A stretch of DNA of 34,301 bases. Origin: a virus (taxonomy: Duplodnaviria; Caudoviricetes). Made by a program: the position numbers and the translations under genes. The DNA lies in IMG/VR virus record IMGVR_UViG_3300043118_000026, positions 1 to 34,301 of that record. One strand, given 5' to 3'. Of this stretch, positions 1-8,493 are shown one piece after another (within the stretch, counting starts at the first letter, position 1; the number at the start of each line of letters is the position of its first letter). Under the pieces are notes generated by a model that did not search any database, was not told the origin of the DNA, and was given only the letters and a program-made list of their open reading frames with translations.

Positions 1-1041
1 CTAACGGTCACTATCGGACCTCTTAAACACCACCCCACCCAATATCCGCTTCCGTAAATTTTCGCTGTCCGCATGGCCTGCATGAGCCACCCACGAGGCA
101 ATACGCTGGCGGACATAGTCCGGGCCAATTTGGCCCTTGGCATACTGCCGCTCCATGCGCCTCATCGTTCGCTTGATGCGCCGGATTGAATCCTTCCTCA
201 GCAGGCGCTTGTGGGGCCAGATGCGATACCCCAGGAAGTTCACGCCCCGGTCGGCTGGTAGCACGCTGACCTTGCTGAATCGCATGCCCATGCTGTCCAG
301 CTTGTTATCGAACGCCTGGCGCAGCTCCAGGGCCTCTTCTTTAGTGCGCACCAGCACCACCATGTCATCCATGTAGCGCGCATACCGGCGCAGGCGCAGC
401 TCTCGCTTTGCCCACTGATCAATGCGGTTGCCCACCAGGTTGGCAATCCATTGGCTGGTCAGGTTGCCCACGGGAATTCCTACAGGGTCCGGGTCAGATG
501 GGTCGGCGGTACTGTCTATAATTGAATCCAGCAGCCTCAGCGTGTCCGCGCAGCGGATGCGATCGCGGATAACGACCTTTGCCAGGTCGTGGCGAATAGA
601 GAAGAAGTACTTGCTGACATCCATTTTCAGCACCCACGTGTCGCCGGTGGCCACCATGCCGCGCAACCACTTCTCAACTCTATTGGCACCAACATGGGTA
701 CCTTTGCCGGGCCGGCAGGCGTAGTTATCAAAGACCATGGAGCGGTCCCAGATCGGCCCGCAGATGTTGCAGATTGCGTGCTGTGCCACCCGGTCTCGAT
801 AAGGGGCGGCAAGGATCTCGCGTCGCTTCGGCTCATAGACCACAAAGGAGCGGTACCGGCCAGGCTGATACGTGCCCCACAGCAGCTCCATTTGCAGCGT
901 GCCCAGCTCTTCCCATAGGTTGGCCTCAAAGGCCGCCACGCCCAGGCGGTCACGCTTGCCGCGTCTCGCCTGGCGGTGCGCGCTCAACAGGTTGTCCCAG
1001 TCAATAATCTGCTCAATCAGGTTGTTTGCTTTTCGTGCCAT
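1..1041 (-). CDS. DGR reverse transcriptase (346 aa)
   Basis: Motifs EPKRREI..PYRDRVAQH, KMDVSKYF, GIPVGNLTSQ (DGR-type SQ), catalytic RYMDD and FLGY. No maturase or endonuclease domain. Adjacent to TR. Confidence 0.97.
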   Translation of the reverse strand: MARKANNLIEQIIDWDNLLSAHRQARRGKRDRLGVAAFEANLWEELGTLQMELLWGTYQPGRYRSFVVYEPKRREILAAPYRDRVAQHAICNICGPIWDRSMVFDNYACRPGKGTHVGANRVEKWLRGMVATGDTWVLKMDVSKYFFSIRHDLAKVVIRDRIRCADTLRLLDSIIDSTADPSDPDPVGIPVGNLTSQWIANLVGNRIDQWAKRELRLRRYARYMDDMVVLVRTKEEALELRQAFDNKLDSMGMRFSKVSVLPADRGVNFLGYRIWPHKRLLRKDSIRRIKRTMRRMERQYAKGQIGPDYVRQRIASWVAHAGHADSENLRKRILGGVVFKRSDSDR

Positions 1042-1224
1042 CGGGTATCCATTCGGTTTGAGGAGGGACGACCGGGCGGGGCTTTCGCCGGCGGCTATTC
1101 GCGCCGCCCGGGCTATCGTGTTCGGCCCGCAGAGTGCGGGACCGGGATAGATCGGCTGACCCCCTGTGACGGGATCTCAGGTGACGGCAACACCGTTGCC
1201 GCCCTCTCTGGTTGCCTTGTGGTG
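1042..1224 (-). ncRNA. Structured TR-RT spacer, likely the 3' part of the DGR template RNA
   Basis: Inverted repeats CCGGGCGG/CCGCCCGG (1072-1079/1104-1111), CCCGC/GCGGG (1126-1140) and CGGCAAC/GTTGCCG (1185-1201). Position matches the BPP-1 spacer. Confidence 0.6.
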
Positions 1225-1374
1225 GTCACAGACGCAGCGCAGCCCGACATTGCCATTCGCGTTCCACGGGTTCGCGTTGGAGTTCAGGCAGCGGGAGCCG
1301 CAGCGGACACCGTTGTCGAAGTTGCCGCCGCCGATGAACGCACGCCAGGCAGCGTGGTTCACCGCACCGCGCGT
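1225..1374 (-). repeat. DGR template repeat (TR)
   Basis: 139/150 identical to 1771-1920. Carries 23 adenines including 9 AAY codons in the target frame, and every mismatch is at a TR adenine. Confidence 0.98.
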
Positions 1375-1382
1375 CGAAACCC

Positions 1383-1404
1383 GACCTACCCCTTAAAGTA
1401 GGTC
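1383..1404 (-). other. Hairpin between avd stop and TR
   Basis: GACCTAC-N8-GTAGGTC, extendable with G-U pairs in the - strand RNA. Confidence 0.55.
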
Positions 1405-1765
1405 AGGCGCCTAGGCGCTGACGCCAGGCACCAATCATGGCGCCGATCTCGGATAGCTGCTTGCTGGCATCAGCTACTCGCTTGATGCCTAGCAGCTTGC
1501 GCTCTGCTGCATGGCGCAGCAGAGCATGAAGGTACCGGACCTGTTCATCAGCCCGGTATATCTTGCTCTTTTGGTTACTCATGGCCGCCTCGATCAGGCG
1601 CCGCACCAGCTCCCACAAACCGTCCTCCAGCCGGAGGGCGTAGCGGTACCGCTGGTGCTTGGGGATTTTGTCTATATGCGGCCCCAGATCGAGAATCAGC
1701 CGCTCTGCTTTATTGACGATGACCAGGCCCCGCTGTCGCGGGGCCCTTTCAGGGCTCGGGCTCAC
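1403..1765 (-). CDS. avd: DGR accessory variability determinant (~120 aa)
   Basis: Basic helical protein (LVIVNK..IPKHQRY..LSEIGAMIGAW) between target and TR. GTG start at 1765 overlaps the target stop (GTGA). The 1813 start in the ORF track lies inside VR. Confidence 0.9.
   Translation of the reverse strand: MSPSPERAPRQRGLVIVNKAERLILDLGPHIDKIPKHQRYRYALRLEDGLWELVRRLIEAAMSNQKSKIYRADEQVRYLHALLRHAAERKLLGIKRVADASKQLSEIGAMIGAWRQRLGA
1726..1745 (-). promoter_or_regulatory. DGR target-recognition hairpin/cruciform
   Basis: GGCCCCGC-GACA-GCGGGGCC: perfect 8-bp GC stem with GRNA loop, 16 bp downstream of the target stop. Confidence 0.85.
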
Positions 1766-2802
1766 AGGGCGCCACAGACGCAGCGCAGCCCGACATGGCC
1801 ATTCGCGCCCCACGGGCCCGCGTTGGAGATCAGGCAGCGGGAGCCGCAGCGGACACCGTTGTCGAAGCCGCCGCCGCCGATGAACGCACGCCAGGCAGCG
1901 TGGCTCACCGCACCGCGCGGGGTGCCGGAATCCTTGCCGACATTAACCGCGGAGGTGGTCCAGGCGAAGGAGCCGCCCAGGTCGTGATGATTATCCAGCC
2001 AGTCCCACAGATTGCCGGCCGCATCCACCACGTTGAACATGGAGACCGCCTTGGCCACCGCGCCGGCCGTAGTCGGGCCAGTGTTACTGGTGGCTGACCA
2101 CGCCATGTCGTTGTTGGCATCGTTGCCCTGGGGCGCGCCTTCGGCGTAGGTCAGGAACTCCTCAGCGGTCGGCAGACGCTTGCCGGCGTTGCGGGCCAGC
2201 AAATGGAAGTCTGAACGGGCGTAGATGTCATCCTTGATCGGGGCGATGCCGTAGCGGCTCACCGGGATATTTTCCGGCCAGGTGCCGCTGCCCTCGCTGT
2301 TCAGATAGATGTCCACCCACAGCTTGCCGGGGACCACCTCAACCATGCCGGTGGGGTCGCAGGTCGGGCGGTGCTGACGATCCCAAACCGAGTTTGGCAC
2401 GATCTGCACGGCTGGGTCGTAGGCTGTGTCGTAGCGGTTTGCCACCGAACGCACGCGGCCATAGTGGAAGCCGCCGATTTTGCGGGAATTGGCGCTGGTG
2501 TAGCCGCCCGGGACGGTGATATTGGTGCTGGCGATCAGGCCGGCAAGACCATCATCACTCTGCACTGCATACAGATACACGTCATCACCCACCGCGAGGG
2601 CATCCAGGGAGCCGTCCTGATTGGCTGCAGCGGTCGGATCCCAGTCGGTCACCGAGTTCAGGACATAGCCCTTGCCGTTGCCGCCGATATTCAGGACGCC
2701 TTCCGGGAAGTCGAGGCGCATAGCGCCGGACGCCTCAATAGAGCCCATCATTTCATAGTGGCCCGCACCTTCGGCGGAGATTGCATACGACCGCTGAACC
2801 AT
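1762..2802 (-). CDS. DGR target, Mtd-like receptor-binding protein with C-terminal C-type lectin (FGE-like) fold
   Basis: KRLPTAEEF, DAAGNLWDW, GGG.F..G..CGSR and terminal VGLRC motifs. VR occupies the last ~50 codons. Located in the tail-fibre locus. Confidence 0.93.
   Translation of the reverse strand: MVQRSYAISAEGAGHYEMMGSIEASGAMRLDFPEGVLNIGGNGKGYVLNSVTDWDPTAAANQDGSLDALAVGDDVYLYAVQSDDGLAGLIASTNITVPGGYTSANSRKIGGFHYGRVRSVANRYDTAYDPAVQIVPNSVWDRQHRPTCDPTGMVEVVPGKLWVDIYLNSEGSGTWPENIPVSRYGIAPIKDDIYARSDFHLLARNAGKRLPTAEEFLTYAEGAPQGNDANNDMAWSATSNTGPTTAGAVAKAVSMFNVVDAAGNLWDWLDNHHDLGGSFAWTTSAVNVGKDSGTPRGAVSHAAWRAFIGGGGFDNGVRCGSRCLISNAGPWGANGHVGLRCVCGAL
1771..1920 (-). repeat. DGR variable repeat (VR)
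   Basis: Copy of TR at offset 546 with 11 substitutions at TR adenines. Confidence 0.98.
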
Positions 2803-3152
2803 CAGACACCCTCCAGATCAGTAATTGCTTGTTCGACATCCTGCACCGTGTAACCCAGCCGGAAGATTTCCGCCTGCGGGCTCTCGGTGCGCTTCATTTG
2901 CACGCGCCGGGTTTCGCCGGTGTCATCGTCTTCCACCTCCAGCACCCGGAAGTCCGGCATATCGCCGTCCGGCGCTTCGCCGTCTGCCAGATCGCGGTCA
3001 TAGACGTAGGTGAATCGACCGGACAGAAGTCCCTGCCAGTGCTGTTTGAGCGTGGCCACGCCCTGGGGGCGGATCTCGCCCTGGACGGCCAGGCTTTGCA
3101 TCAAGTCATAATCGGCCCGCGTGCGCAGACCACATCGGGGTACACCCTGCAT
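2802..3152 (-). CDS. Hypothetical tail-fibre-associated protein (adaptor or chaperone candidate)
   Basis: 116 aa, GGAGG RBS, stop overlaps the target start. Function inferred from position only. Confidence 0.6.
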   Translation of the reverse strand: MQGVPRCGLRTRADYDLMQSLAVQGEIRPQGVATLKQHWQGLLSGRFTYVYDRDLADGEAPDGDMPDFRVLEVEDDDTGETRRVQMKRTESPQAEIFRLGYTVQDVEQAITDLEGV

Positions 3153-3560
3153 TTATGCCTCCTCCACTGTGATTACTGATACGCCGCTGACGCGGCCAAT
3201 GGCGCCCTCATGAGCGTCCAGCATCGCCTGCACGCCCGCCGGGTGGGCGGCCTTGCCATTCAACTGCCCCTCAACATGCTCTGCTGACGATGCAAACTGC
3301 ACCATGCCAACCCTGCTCTCGGTCGCAGCCCTTCGAATAGCCTCAGACAGCCGCCCAAGCTCTTGGTGATTTGGAGTTAGTCCTGCATCAACAATTACCT
3401 TCCTCAAGCTCTCGGTAATCATATAAAACCAGTAGCTTCCAGGGGCCGTGGCAGGAACACCCTGAGACGAATCGCCATCTGTGGGGTATCCGGAGCTGGG
3501 AGACTCCGGCGCAGAAGGCGGGGTTTGTATTGCGTTGCGCTGATAGACTCTATCAACCAT
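3153..3560 (-). CDS. Short tail-fibre protein (Mu S/gp49-like N-terminal baseplate anchor)
   Basis: GYPTDGD..GVPAT.PG.YWF.MI.E.L..VI..AGL.P....L..AI pattern typical of Mu-type fibre N-termini. Follows gp48. Confidence 0.8.
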   Translation of the reverse strand: MVDRVYQRNAIQTPPSAPESPSSGYPTDGDSSQGVPATAPGSYWFYMITESLRKVIVDAGLTPNHQELGRLSEAIRRAATESRVGMVQFASSAEHVEGQLNGKAAHPAGVQAMLDAHEGAIGRVSGVSVITVEEA

Positions 3561-4150
3561 CAGTCATTCTCTCCGTATGCAAATAAAACAAGGGTGTGAG
3601 CCGGCTTCAGGCGGCTTATGACGCACTCCAGCCGGTCGTTGCCCCATGTCGCCAGGGGCTCGCTGACGGTGCTTTTAGTGGTGAAAACATCCACGGTTTG
3701 TTCGGGCGCGCGGACGGTCCAGGTCCAGCGCCATTCCAAGCCGTAGATGGGTTTATCTACCGGGTCTGCCACGGTGTAGGGGGTGTAGTCCTCCACCTCT
3801 ATGTCATAGCCAAGGTCTGCCGCTACGCCTTTGAAATACTTGCGGCTGGCGCCGCCGGTACCGGTGAGTACTCGCAGCAGTGCGGCCCGGCGTTCGGCTA
3901 CGGTTTGTTCGCGCTTCACGCAGGGATCAGGAAGGCCGAAAGCGCGCTCATAATCTGGCAGCAGCTCGTAGGCGGTGCGGGGGTCAGCCTCTTCAACCAG
4001 CAGATCCGCGCGGGCATCTACCCGCTGGAACAAGCCAGCTCGGGCATAGGTCAGCTTTTGCCAGTTGGTGTCCGATGACTGCGGCAGCGCCCGCCCGGGC
4101 GGTGCCAGCATGTTCATCAGATCGCGGTATTGCTCACGGCTCAGCGCCAT
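3560..4150 (-). CDS. Baseplate protein, Mu gp48/DUF2313 (YmfQ)-like
   Basis: EADPRTAYELLPDYER..GLPD.C and LECVISRLKPAHT motifs, synteny. Confidence 0.9.
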   Translation of the reverse strand: MALSREQYRDLMNMLAPPGRALPQSSDTNWQKLTYARAGLFQRVDARADLLVEEADPRTAYELLPDYERAFGLPDPCVKREQTVAERRAALLRVLTGTGGASRKYFKGVAADLGYDIEVEDYTPYTVADPVDKPIYGLEWRWTWTVRAPEQTVDVFTTKSTVSEPLATWGNDRLECVISRLKPAHTLVLFAYGEND

Positions 4151-5202
4151 GTCGGCGTCCCCAGTACAGGAATCTCATTTATGGTGTGCTCCACGTTGTC
4201 AGCGGGCAGCACCAGTTCGTGGCGGCTGTCGCCGGCGGCCACGTAGATCACCCCGGACAGCTGCTCTCTATATAGAGTGCCACCTGGTTTCGCGGTATCG
4301 GTCAGAAAGTCCTTGAGTGCGGCCGTTACGCGGTCGCGGGCTTCCTGGGTGTCAGGCGTTAGACGAATTTCAGGATCTAACGGCGCAGGCGTTGGCTTGA
4401 CGACATAGAAGCCCCTGGCGGTCACCGGGCGCTCTTCGTCAATGTGTTCTTCAACGGCTTGAATTACGGCATCGCTGGGGATGATGTCTTCCAGTTCATC
4501 GCACACCAGGCGCAGGGTTACTTCCCCGATATCGGGCTGGCGCGGGTATACCCACACGCGGGTGATATCGGGGTGAGCCTCCTCTGCCCAGGTGATGTAA
4601 TCATCCTCGTTGCCGCCGTGTGGCGGGCGGCGGATGCGGCGCAGCACGCGGGAGCGGTAGCGTTCCAGGTCTTCTTTGTCCGCCCCGCCGGTCAGGCCCT
4701 CACTGCCCAGCACGGCTTCACCGTCCACACCGTCTGCCGGCTCCACGAATTGCAGCTTCTCGCCTGCATCCAGATTGCCGGCCTCGCCGGCCTCCTGGGC
4801 TGTTACCTGCAGGGCTGCCTCGCCCTGGGCGTCCAGGGTTACGGTCTCGTCAACGATGTAGACGGCGCCGGTGCTATGCTCCAGCTCTGCGCCCTTCAGC
4901 ACCTGCGCGCCAGCGGTACCGGTGACAGGTACCGGGCCGATGGCCTTCACCGCGCCTTCACGAATCACTTTCCAGATACTGCCCCAGCGCTCCAGCCACT
5001 CTTCGTCAGCGGTGTCGATCATCAGCTGCTTTGCCAGCCAGGCCAGATACCCGTACAAGCCATGGCCCACACCCGCGTCCACCTTGGCGACAACGCCCAG
5101 CAGCGAACGGCGCAACTCCGGGCGGGCACTCGGGCGCTGGGCGCGGATATCAGCGCGGACGCCTTCAGCCAGTTCATTCAACGTCGGCGATTGCCAGGGC
5201 AT
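4141..5202 (-). CDS. Baseplate J-like wedge protein (Mu gp47)
   Basis: GEAGN, TGGADKE, PPHGG..DY..WA motifs. ATG at 5202 follows GGAGG. Confidence 0.93.
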   Translation of the reverse strand: MPWQSPTLNELAEGVRADIRAQRPSARPELRRSLLGVVAKVDAGVGHGLYGYLAWLAKQLMIDTADEEWLERWGSIWKVIREGAVKAIGPVPVTGTAGAQVLKGAELEHSTGAVYIVDETVTLDAQGEAALQVTAQEAGEAGNLDAGEKLQFVEPADGVDGEAVLGSEGLTGGADKEDLERYRSRVLRRIRRPPHGGNEDDYITWAEEAHPDITRVWVYPRQPDIGEVTLRLVCDELEDIIPSDAVIQAVEEHIDEERPVTARGFYVVKPTPAPLDPEIRLTPDTQEARDRVTAALKDFLTDTAKPGGTLYREQLSGVIYVAAGDSRHELVLPADNVEHTINEIPVLGTPTWR

Positions 5203-5204
5203 TA

Positions 5205-5645
5205 CTACCTCCACACATATTGAAATTGTTCGGCCAGGCGGGAGCCATCGCCGCGAATCACCACCACGCGGATCTGCAGCGTGTCGTTGGCAACGGTTGC
5301 GGCTGTCACCTCAAGATCTGCAGCCACTTTGTCTTCCAGCAGCCATTCCAGGGACTCGCGGGCATAGGTTTCTGCCCGGTCGCGTACGCTCTCCAGATCT
5401 TTCTCCCGGCCCAGCAGCCACAGCCGGGAGCCGAACTGGTCACCCTGGGTTTCGGCCAGGGCATCGGCCCACCAGCCCCGGCGGTCATTGCCACCGCCCG
5501 GCAGCTCGTCATCCGGCAGGGCCCGGCGATCACTCAGCAGGGACAGCGCCACGGCCGTACGCATGCCTTCGTCACTCCCCAGGTCTCCGGCTTCGTCCAG
5601 GACCACATCCAGTTCAGCGCCAATCAAATCCAGGCGAATATCCAT
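5205..5645 (-). CDS. Baseplate protein Mu gp46-like
   Basis: TAV.LSL.SDRRA, RRGWWAD, GSRLWLL.REK motifs. Confidence 0.93.
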   Translation of the reverse strand: MDIRLDLIGAELDVVLDEAGDLGSDEGMRTAVALSLLSDRRALPDDELPGGGNDRRGWWADALAETQGDQFGSRLWLLGREKDLESVRDRAETYARESLEWLLEDKVAADLEVTAATVANDTLQIRVVVIRGDGSRLAEQFQYVWR

Positions 5646-6271
5646 CAGCTCATCTCCTGGTTGGGTTGATCGGTTGGCCCATTGGTGTTGTTTTCGTCGT
5701 GGTCGTGGGTGTTGTAGGTGCTGCGCATGCTGCTCATGGTGCCCACGCCGTCCTGTACTTCGCCGCCTGCAGACACATTCATGGTTGCGGTGATGCTTTT
5801 AAGCACTTTCAGGTTTCCGGTGCAGGTGGTTTCCGGGGTGTCCAGGGTGACCGATGTACTGGCAAACACCTTTACTTCCGGTGCCTGCACTTCCACGGCA
5901 CTGCCGGCCTCCAGACGCACAACACGACCACGTTTGAAAACCAGCTTGTCCCCCTCATCGGTGTACAAAGCCACTTCGCCCGGGGTCAGCCCCTTCAGGC
6001 GGTACCGGCGATCACTGGCCACCAATCCCACCAGGTGGCCACGCACACCACCGATGGCGGCCGCGATGGTTTCCGCACCCTTCAATGGGCGAGCAGTGAA
6101 GCCATACGGCTCCATGTGTTCCACGTTGCGGGTTTCACCTTTCAGCAGCTTCACCTGCAGGCGCTGGAGGCCGGCGGCGGAATCGCTCAGGGTGACAACG
6201 CCCCGGCTGATCAGCAGACGCATGCGGCGCCAGATGGGCGACAGCAGCTTGTAAGCTTCGCGACGATTCAC
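5645..6271 (-). CDS. Baseplate spike Mu gp45-like
   Basis: EPYGFT..P, DRRYR..GL.PGEVALY and C-terminal HDH metal-binding motif. Confidence 0.93.
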   Translation of the reverse strand: MNRREAYKLLSPIWRRMRLLISRGVVTLSDSAAGLQRLQVKLLKGETRNVEHMEPYGFTARPLKGAETIAAAIGGVRGHLVGLVASDRRYRLKGLTPGEVALYTDEGDKLVFKRGRVVRLEAGSAVEVQAPEVKVFASTSVTLDTPETTCTGNLKVLKSITATMNVSAGGEVQDGVGTMSSMRSTYNTHDHDENNTNGPTDQPNQEMS

Positions 6272-7305
6272 CAGGCGTCCTCCTCTTGCTCTGGCTCCGG
6301 CTGGGCCTGCAAATCAAAGCTGCTCGGCGGGGCCACGCGGATCTCCGCACGCTCGCCCTGTTCATCCAGGACCAGCTGCACTTCGGTAATCAGCCATTCC
6401 ACGCCATCCAGTTCCAGCCATGGGTCATACACAGGCACCAGGTAGCCCGGCCGCCACACGCCTTCGGCATGGCGCCAACCTGCCACGGTGTAAGTTACGC
6501 CTCGGGATTCACCCCAACGGCGGCGCACTTCCCATTCCGCGCGCTGCTTGCAGGAACTGCGGTCCACGCCGGTATCACACAGCACCAGTGTGGGACGGTA
6601 CCGGCCAACGGCTTTATCCTTGGCGCGGCCTTCGGGCTCGCTGGCTGTCTCGCCCCACACGTCGTCACTGGCCACGCTCTGGCCCTGGACGATCACATCA
6701 CTGAAGCGGTCCCGGTCGCTGAAACGGCCACTGGCCCGGCGGATGTTCTCCCCCAGCACCAGGGCGGTAGACAACCGACCACGCGGTGGGCGGGTGATCA
6801 CCAGGCGGCCCTGGGCATCGGCCACGAGGATCAGGGCGCGGTAACTGGCGATCTGGGCCAGTGCCTCGCCGTAGGTCTGGCCGGGCTCAATTTCCAGGTT
6901 GCGGATTGGTGCGCCCACATCCACCTCAGCCACCACCTCAACGCCGAACGGCCGGGCCAGTTGGCGGGCCACCTGCAGCACGGTGCGGGCTGTTTCGATG
7001 GGCTGGGCGGTACCGGAACAATCCACCAGGTCCGCCGTTTTGGAGCGGCCGTTGACCACCAGCTCGTGGCCCTTCGCGTCATAGTCCGGCAACACGTCGT
7101 CGATATGGCCAGTAATAACGGGCTCACCATCAATCTCCAGTGAAAACGGCTCGCTGGTACGAAGCGGCCGGCGCTTCGCTTCGCCCCATTTCTCGGTAAC
7201 GCTCACCTCAAACGTGTCCGCCATTTTCTGGAGGCCCAGGCGAACGGTTGCGGTCTTCCAGCCGCCGTGGCGCTGGCCATCGGTGCGCAGAATCAGCTCA
7301 CTCAC
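6268..7305 (-). CDS. Baseplate hub / tail protein P (Mu gp44)
   Basis: GRSKTADLVDCS motif, DRFS..IV.GQ, synteny. Confidence 0.92.
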   Translation of the reverse strand: MSELILRTDGQRHGGWKTATVRLGLQKMADTFEVSVTEKWGEAKRRPLRTSEPFSLEIDGEPVITGHIDDVLPDYDAKGHELVVNGRSKTADLVDCSGTAQPIETARTVLQVARQLARPFGVEVVAEVDVGAPIRNLEIEPGQTYGEALAQIASYRALILVADAQGRLVITRPPRGRLSTALVLGENIRRASGRFSDRDRFSDVIVQGQSVASDDVWGETASEPEGRAKDKAVGRYRPTLVLCDTGVDRSSCKQRAEWEVRRRWGESRGVTYTVAGWRHAEGVWRPGYLVPVYDPWLELDGVEWLITEVQLVLDEQGERAEIRVAPPSSFDLQAQPEPEQEEDAW

Positions 7306-8458
7306 TCAGCACCTCCAACTCTGCACCGCCGGGCACCGCACCGGGGTGGCGTACGCGGTTGCGGGTCACAATCTCATCGGCGCGGGTGGCATCGCCATAC
7401 AGCCGTTGAGCGATTACCAGGGCCGGCATTGCCCGGCGGGTCTCGTACACGGTCAGCTCCGGCAACGCGGCGCCCCGCTGGCGCAGGTCATCCACTACGG
7501 CCGCGCGCAGCAGCACCAGGCGCTGGGCGGTGTCCGGGTTCAGGGTTTCGGAAGTCTCCAGCGGCTCGGTCAGCCCCTGGGTGATCTTTTCCATGGTGTC
7601 CTGGGCATCCTGCCGGGTGTCGTAATTCCATTGGGCTGAGGCCTTGGCCGCTGCCACGGCCGCGCCACGGCGGATCAGGTTGACCGCTGCGGTCTGCGCC
7701 TGGGCTTGCTGCCGGGCGTCGGCTGGTGCCGATGCTGATTCAGACTCTGTTTCACCGGCATCAAACAGGGCTTCGTAGCCGCGCAATGCTCGCAGGGGCT
7801 CCTGGAGCTGGTTGGCAATCCCGCTGATGGTGTCGATGATGGCGCCGGCCAGTTCACCTGGCGTGCGGATCACCCGGGCGATCTTGCCGGTTACATCGCT
7901 AACCACGCCCTCGGCATCCTGCAGCGCATCCAGGATGGTCTTTTCCACTTCGGCTACGCGATCAGCCGCCAGATCCAGCACGCTGTAATCCTCTTCAAAA
8001 TCTTCTTTCAGAGCGGCTTCCGCTTCGGCGGCACGGGCCTCCACTACCTTCGGGGTATCGGTAACCGAGCGCGGATAGCGGGGCTTATCGTCCGCCCGCA
8101 GCACGGTCATGTTTACCCGGGCCATGCCGCCTTCACGGGTGGTTTCGGTGATGTGCGGCTTACCAATTACCACCACCTTGTGGGTGCCGTAGTAGCTGTG
8201 GCGCATCTCAAACGCGCCCGGCAGTTCCAACGCTTCCGCCAGGCGGTTGCGCTGCACGTCGTAGTCATCGCCGATCAGGTAGCCGGTGATCTGCCATTCC
8301 CGGGCATTGCGGCCCAGGTCTTCGGCGTAAGGCTCGTCACGCAGCGGGTATTCATGCACCTGCACCCGGCGGCCAGCTGAGATGGAGCCGCGCTCCAGGT
8401 GCAACACAATGCCCCGGAATTCTGCGGTGCCGTCGCCAATTCGATCTCTCCAGCTCAT
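7298..8458 (-). CDS. DNA circularisation protein N (Mu gp43)
   Basis: GRRVQVHEYPLRDEPYAEDLGR N-terminus and PALVIAQRLYGDATRADEI..RN..HPG.VP C-terminus. Confidence 0.93.
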   Translation of the reverse strand: MSWRDRIGDGTAEFRGIVLHLERGSISAGRRVQVHEYPLRDEPYAEDLGRNAREWQITGYLIGDDYDVQRNRLAEALELPGAFEMRHSYYGTHKVVVIGKPHITETTREGGMARVNMTVLRADDKPRYPRSVTDTPKVVEARAAEAEAALKEDFEEDYSVLDLAADRVAEVEKTILDALQDAEGVVSDVTGKIARVIRTPGELAGAIIDTISGIANQLQEPLRALRGYEALFDAGETESESASAPADARQQAQAQTAAVNLIRRGAAVAAAKASAQWNYDTRQDAQDTMEKITQGLTEPLETSETLNPDTAQRLVLLRAAVVDDLRQRGAALPELTVYETRRAMPALVIAQRLYGDATRADEIVTRNRVRHPGAVPGGAELEVLSE

Positions 8459-8493
8459 TGGGCTATGCTCCTGCAGAAGATGGAGGAAAAGTC

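Larger units (their letters stand above)
1..2802 (-). mobile_element. Diversity-generating retroelement (target/VR - avd - TR - RT)
   Basis: RT, Avd-like ORF and a 150-bp TR/VR pair with adenine-only mismatches, in the same order as the Bordetella BPP-1 DGR. Confidence 0.98.

Noticed and set aside
1-1041. RT as group II intron, retron or Abi RT
   Set aside because: Short length, SQ motif, no maturase domain and adjacency to avd and a TR/VR pair identify it as DGR-type.
1177-1362. 61-aa ORF resembling the target C-terminus
   Set aside because: It is the TR read in the VR frame. It has no convincing RBS and is best explained as non-coding template.
1766-1813. Longer Avd starting at 1813
   Set aside because: That start lies inside the hypervariable VR and overlaps the target gene. 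GTG 1765 fits typical Avd length better.
4871-6445. Long + strand ORFs (524 aa here, also 15078-16364 and others)
   Set aside because: Antisense shadows of well-supported GC-rich phage genes, with no recognisable motifs.
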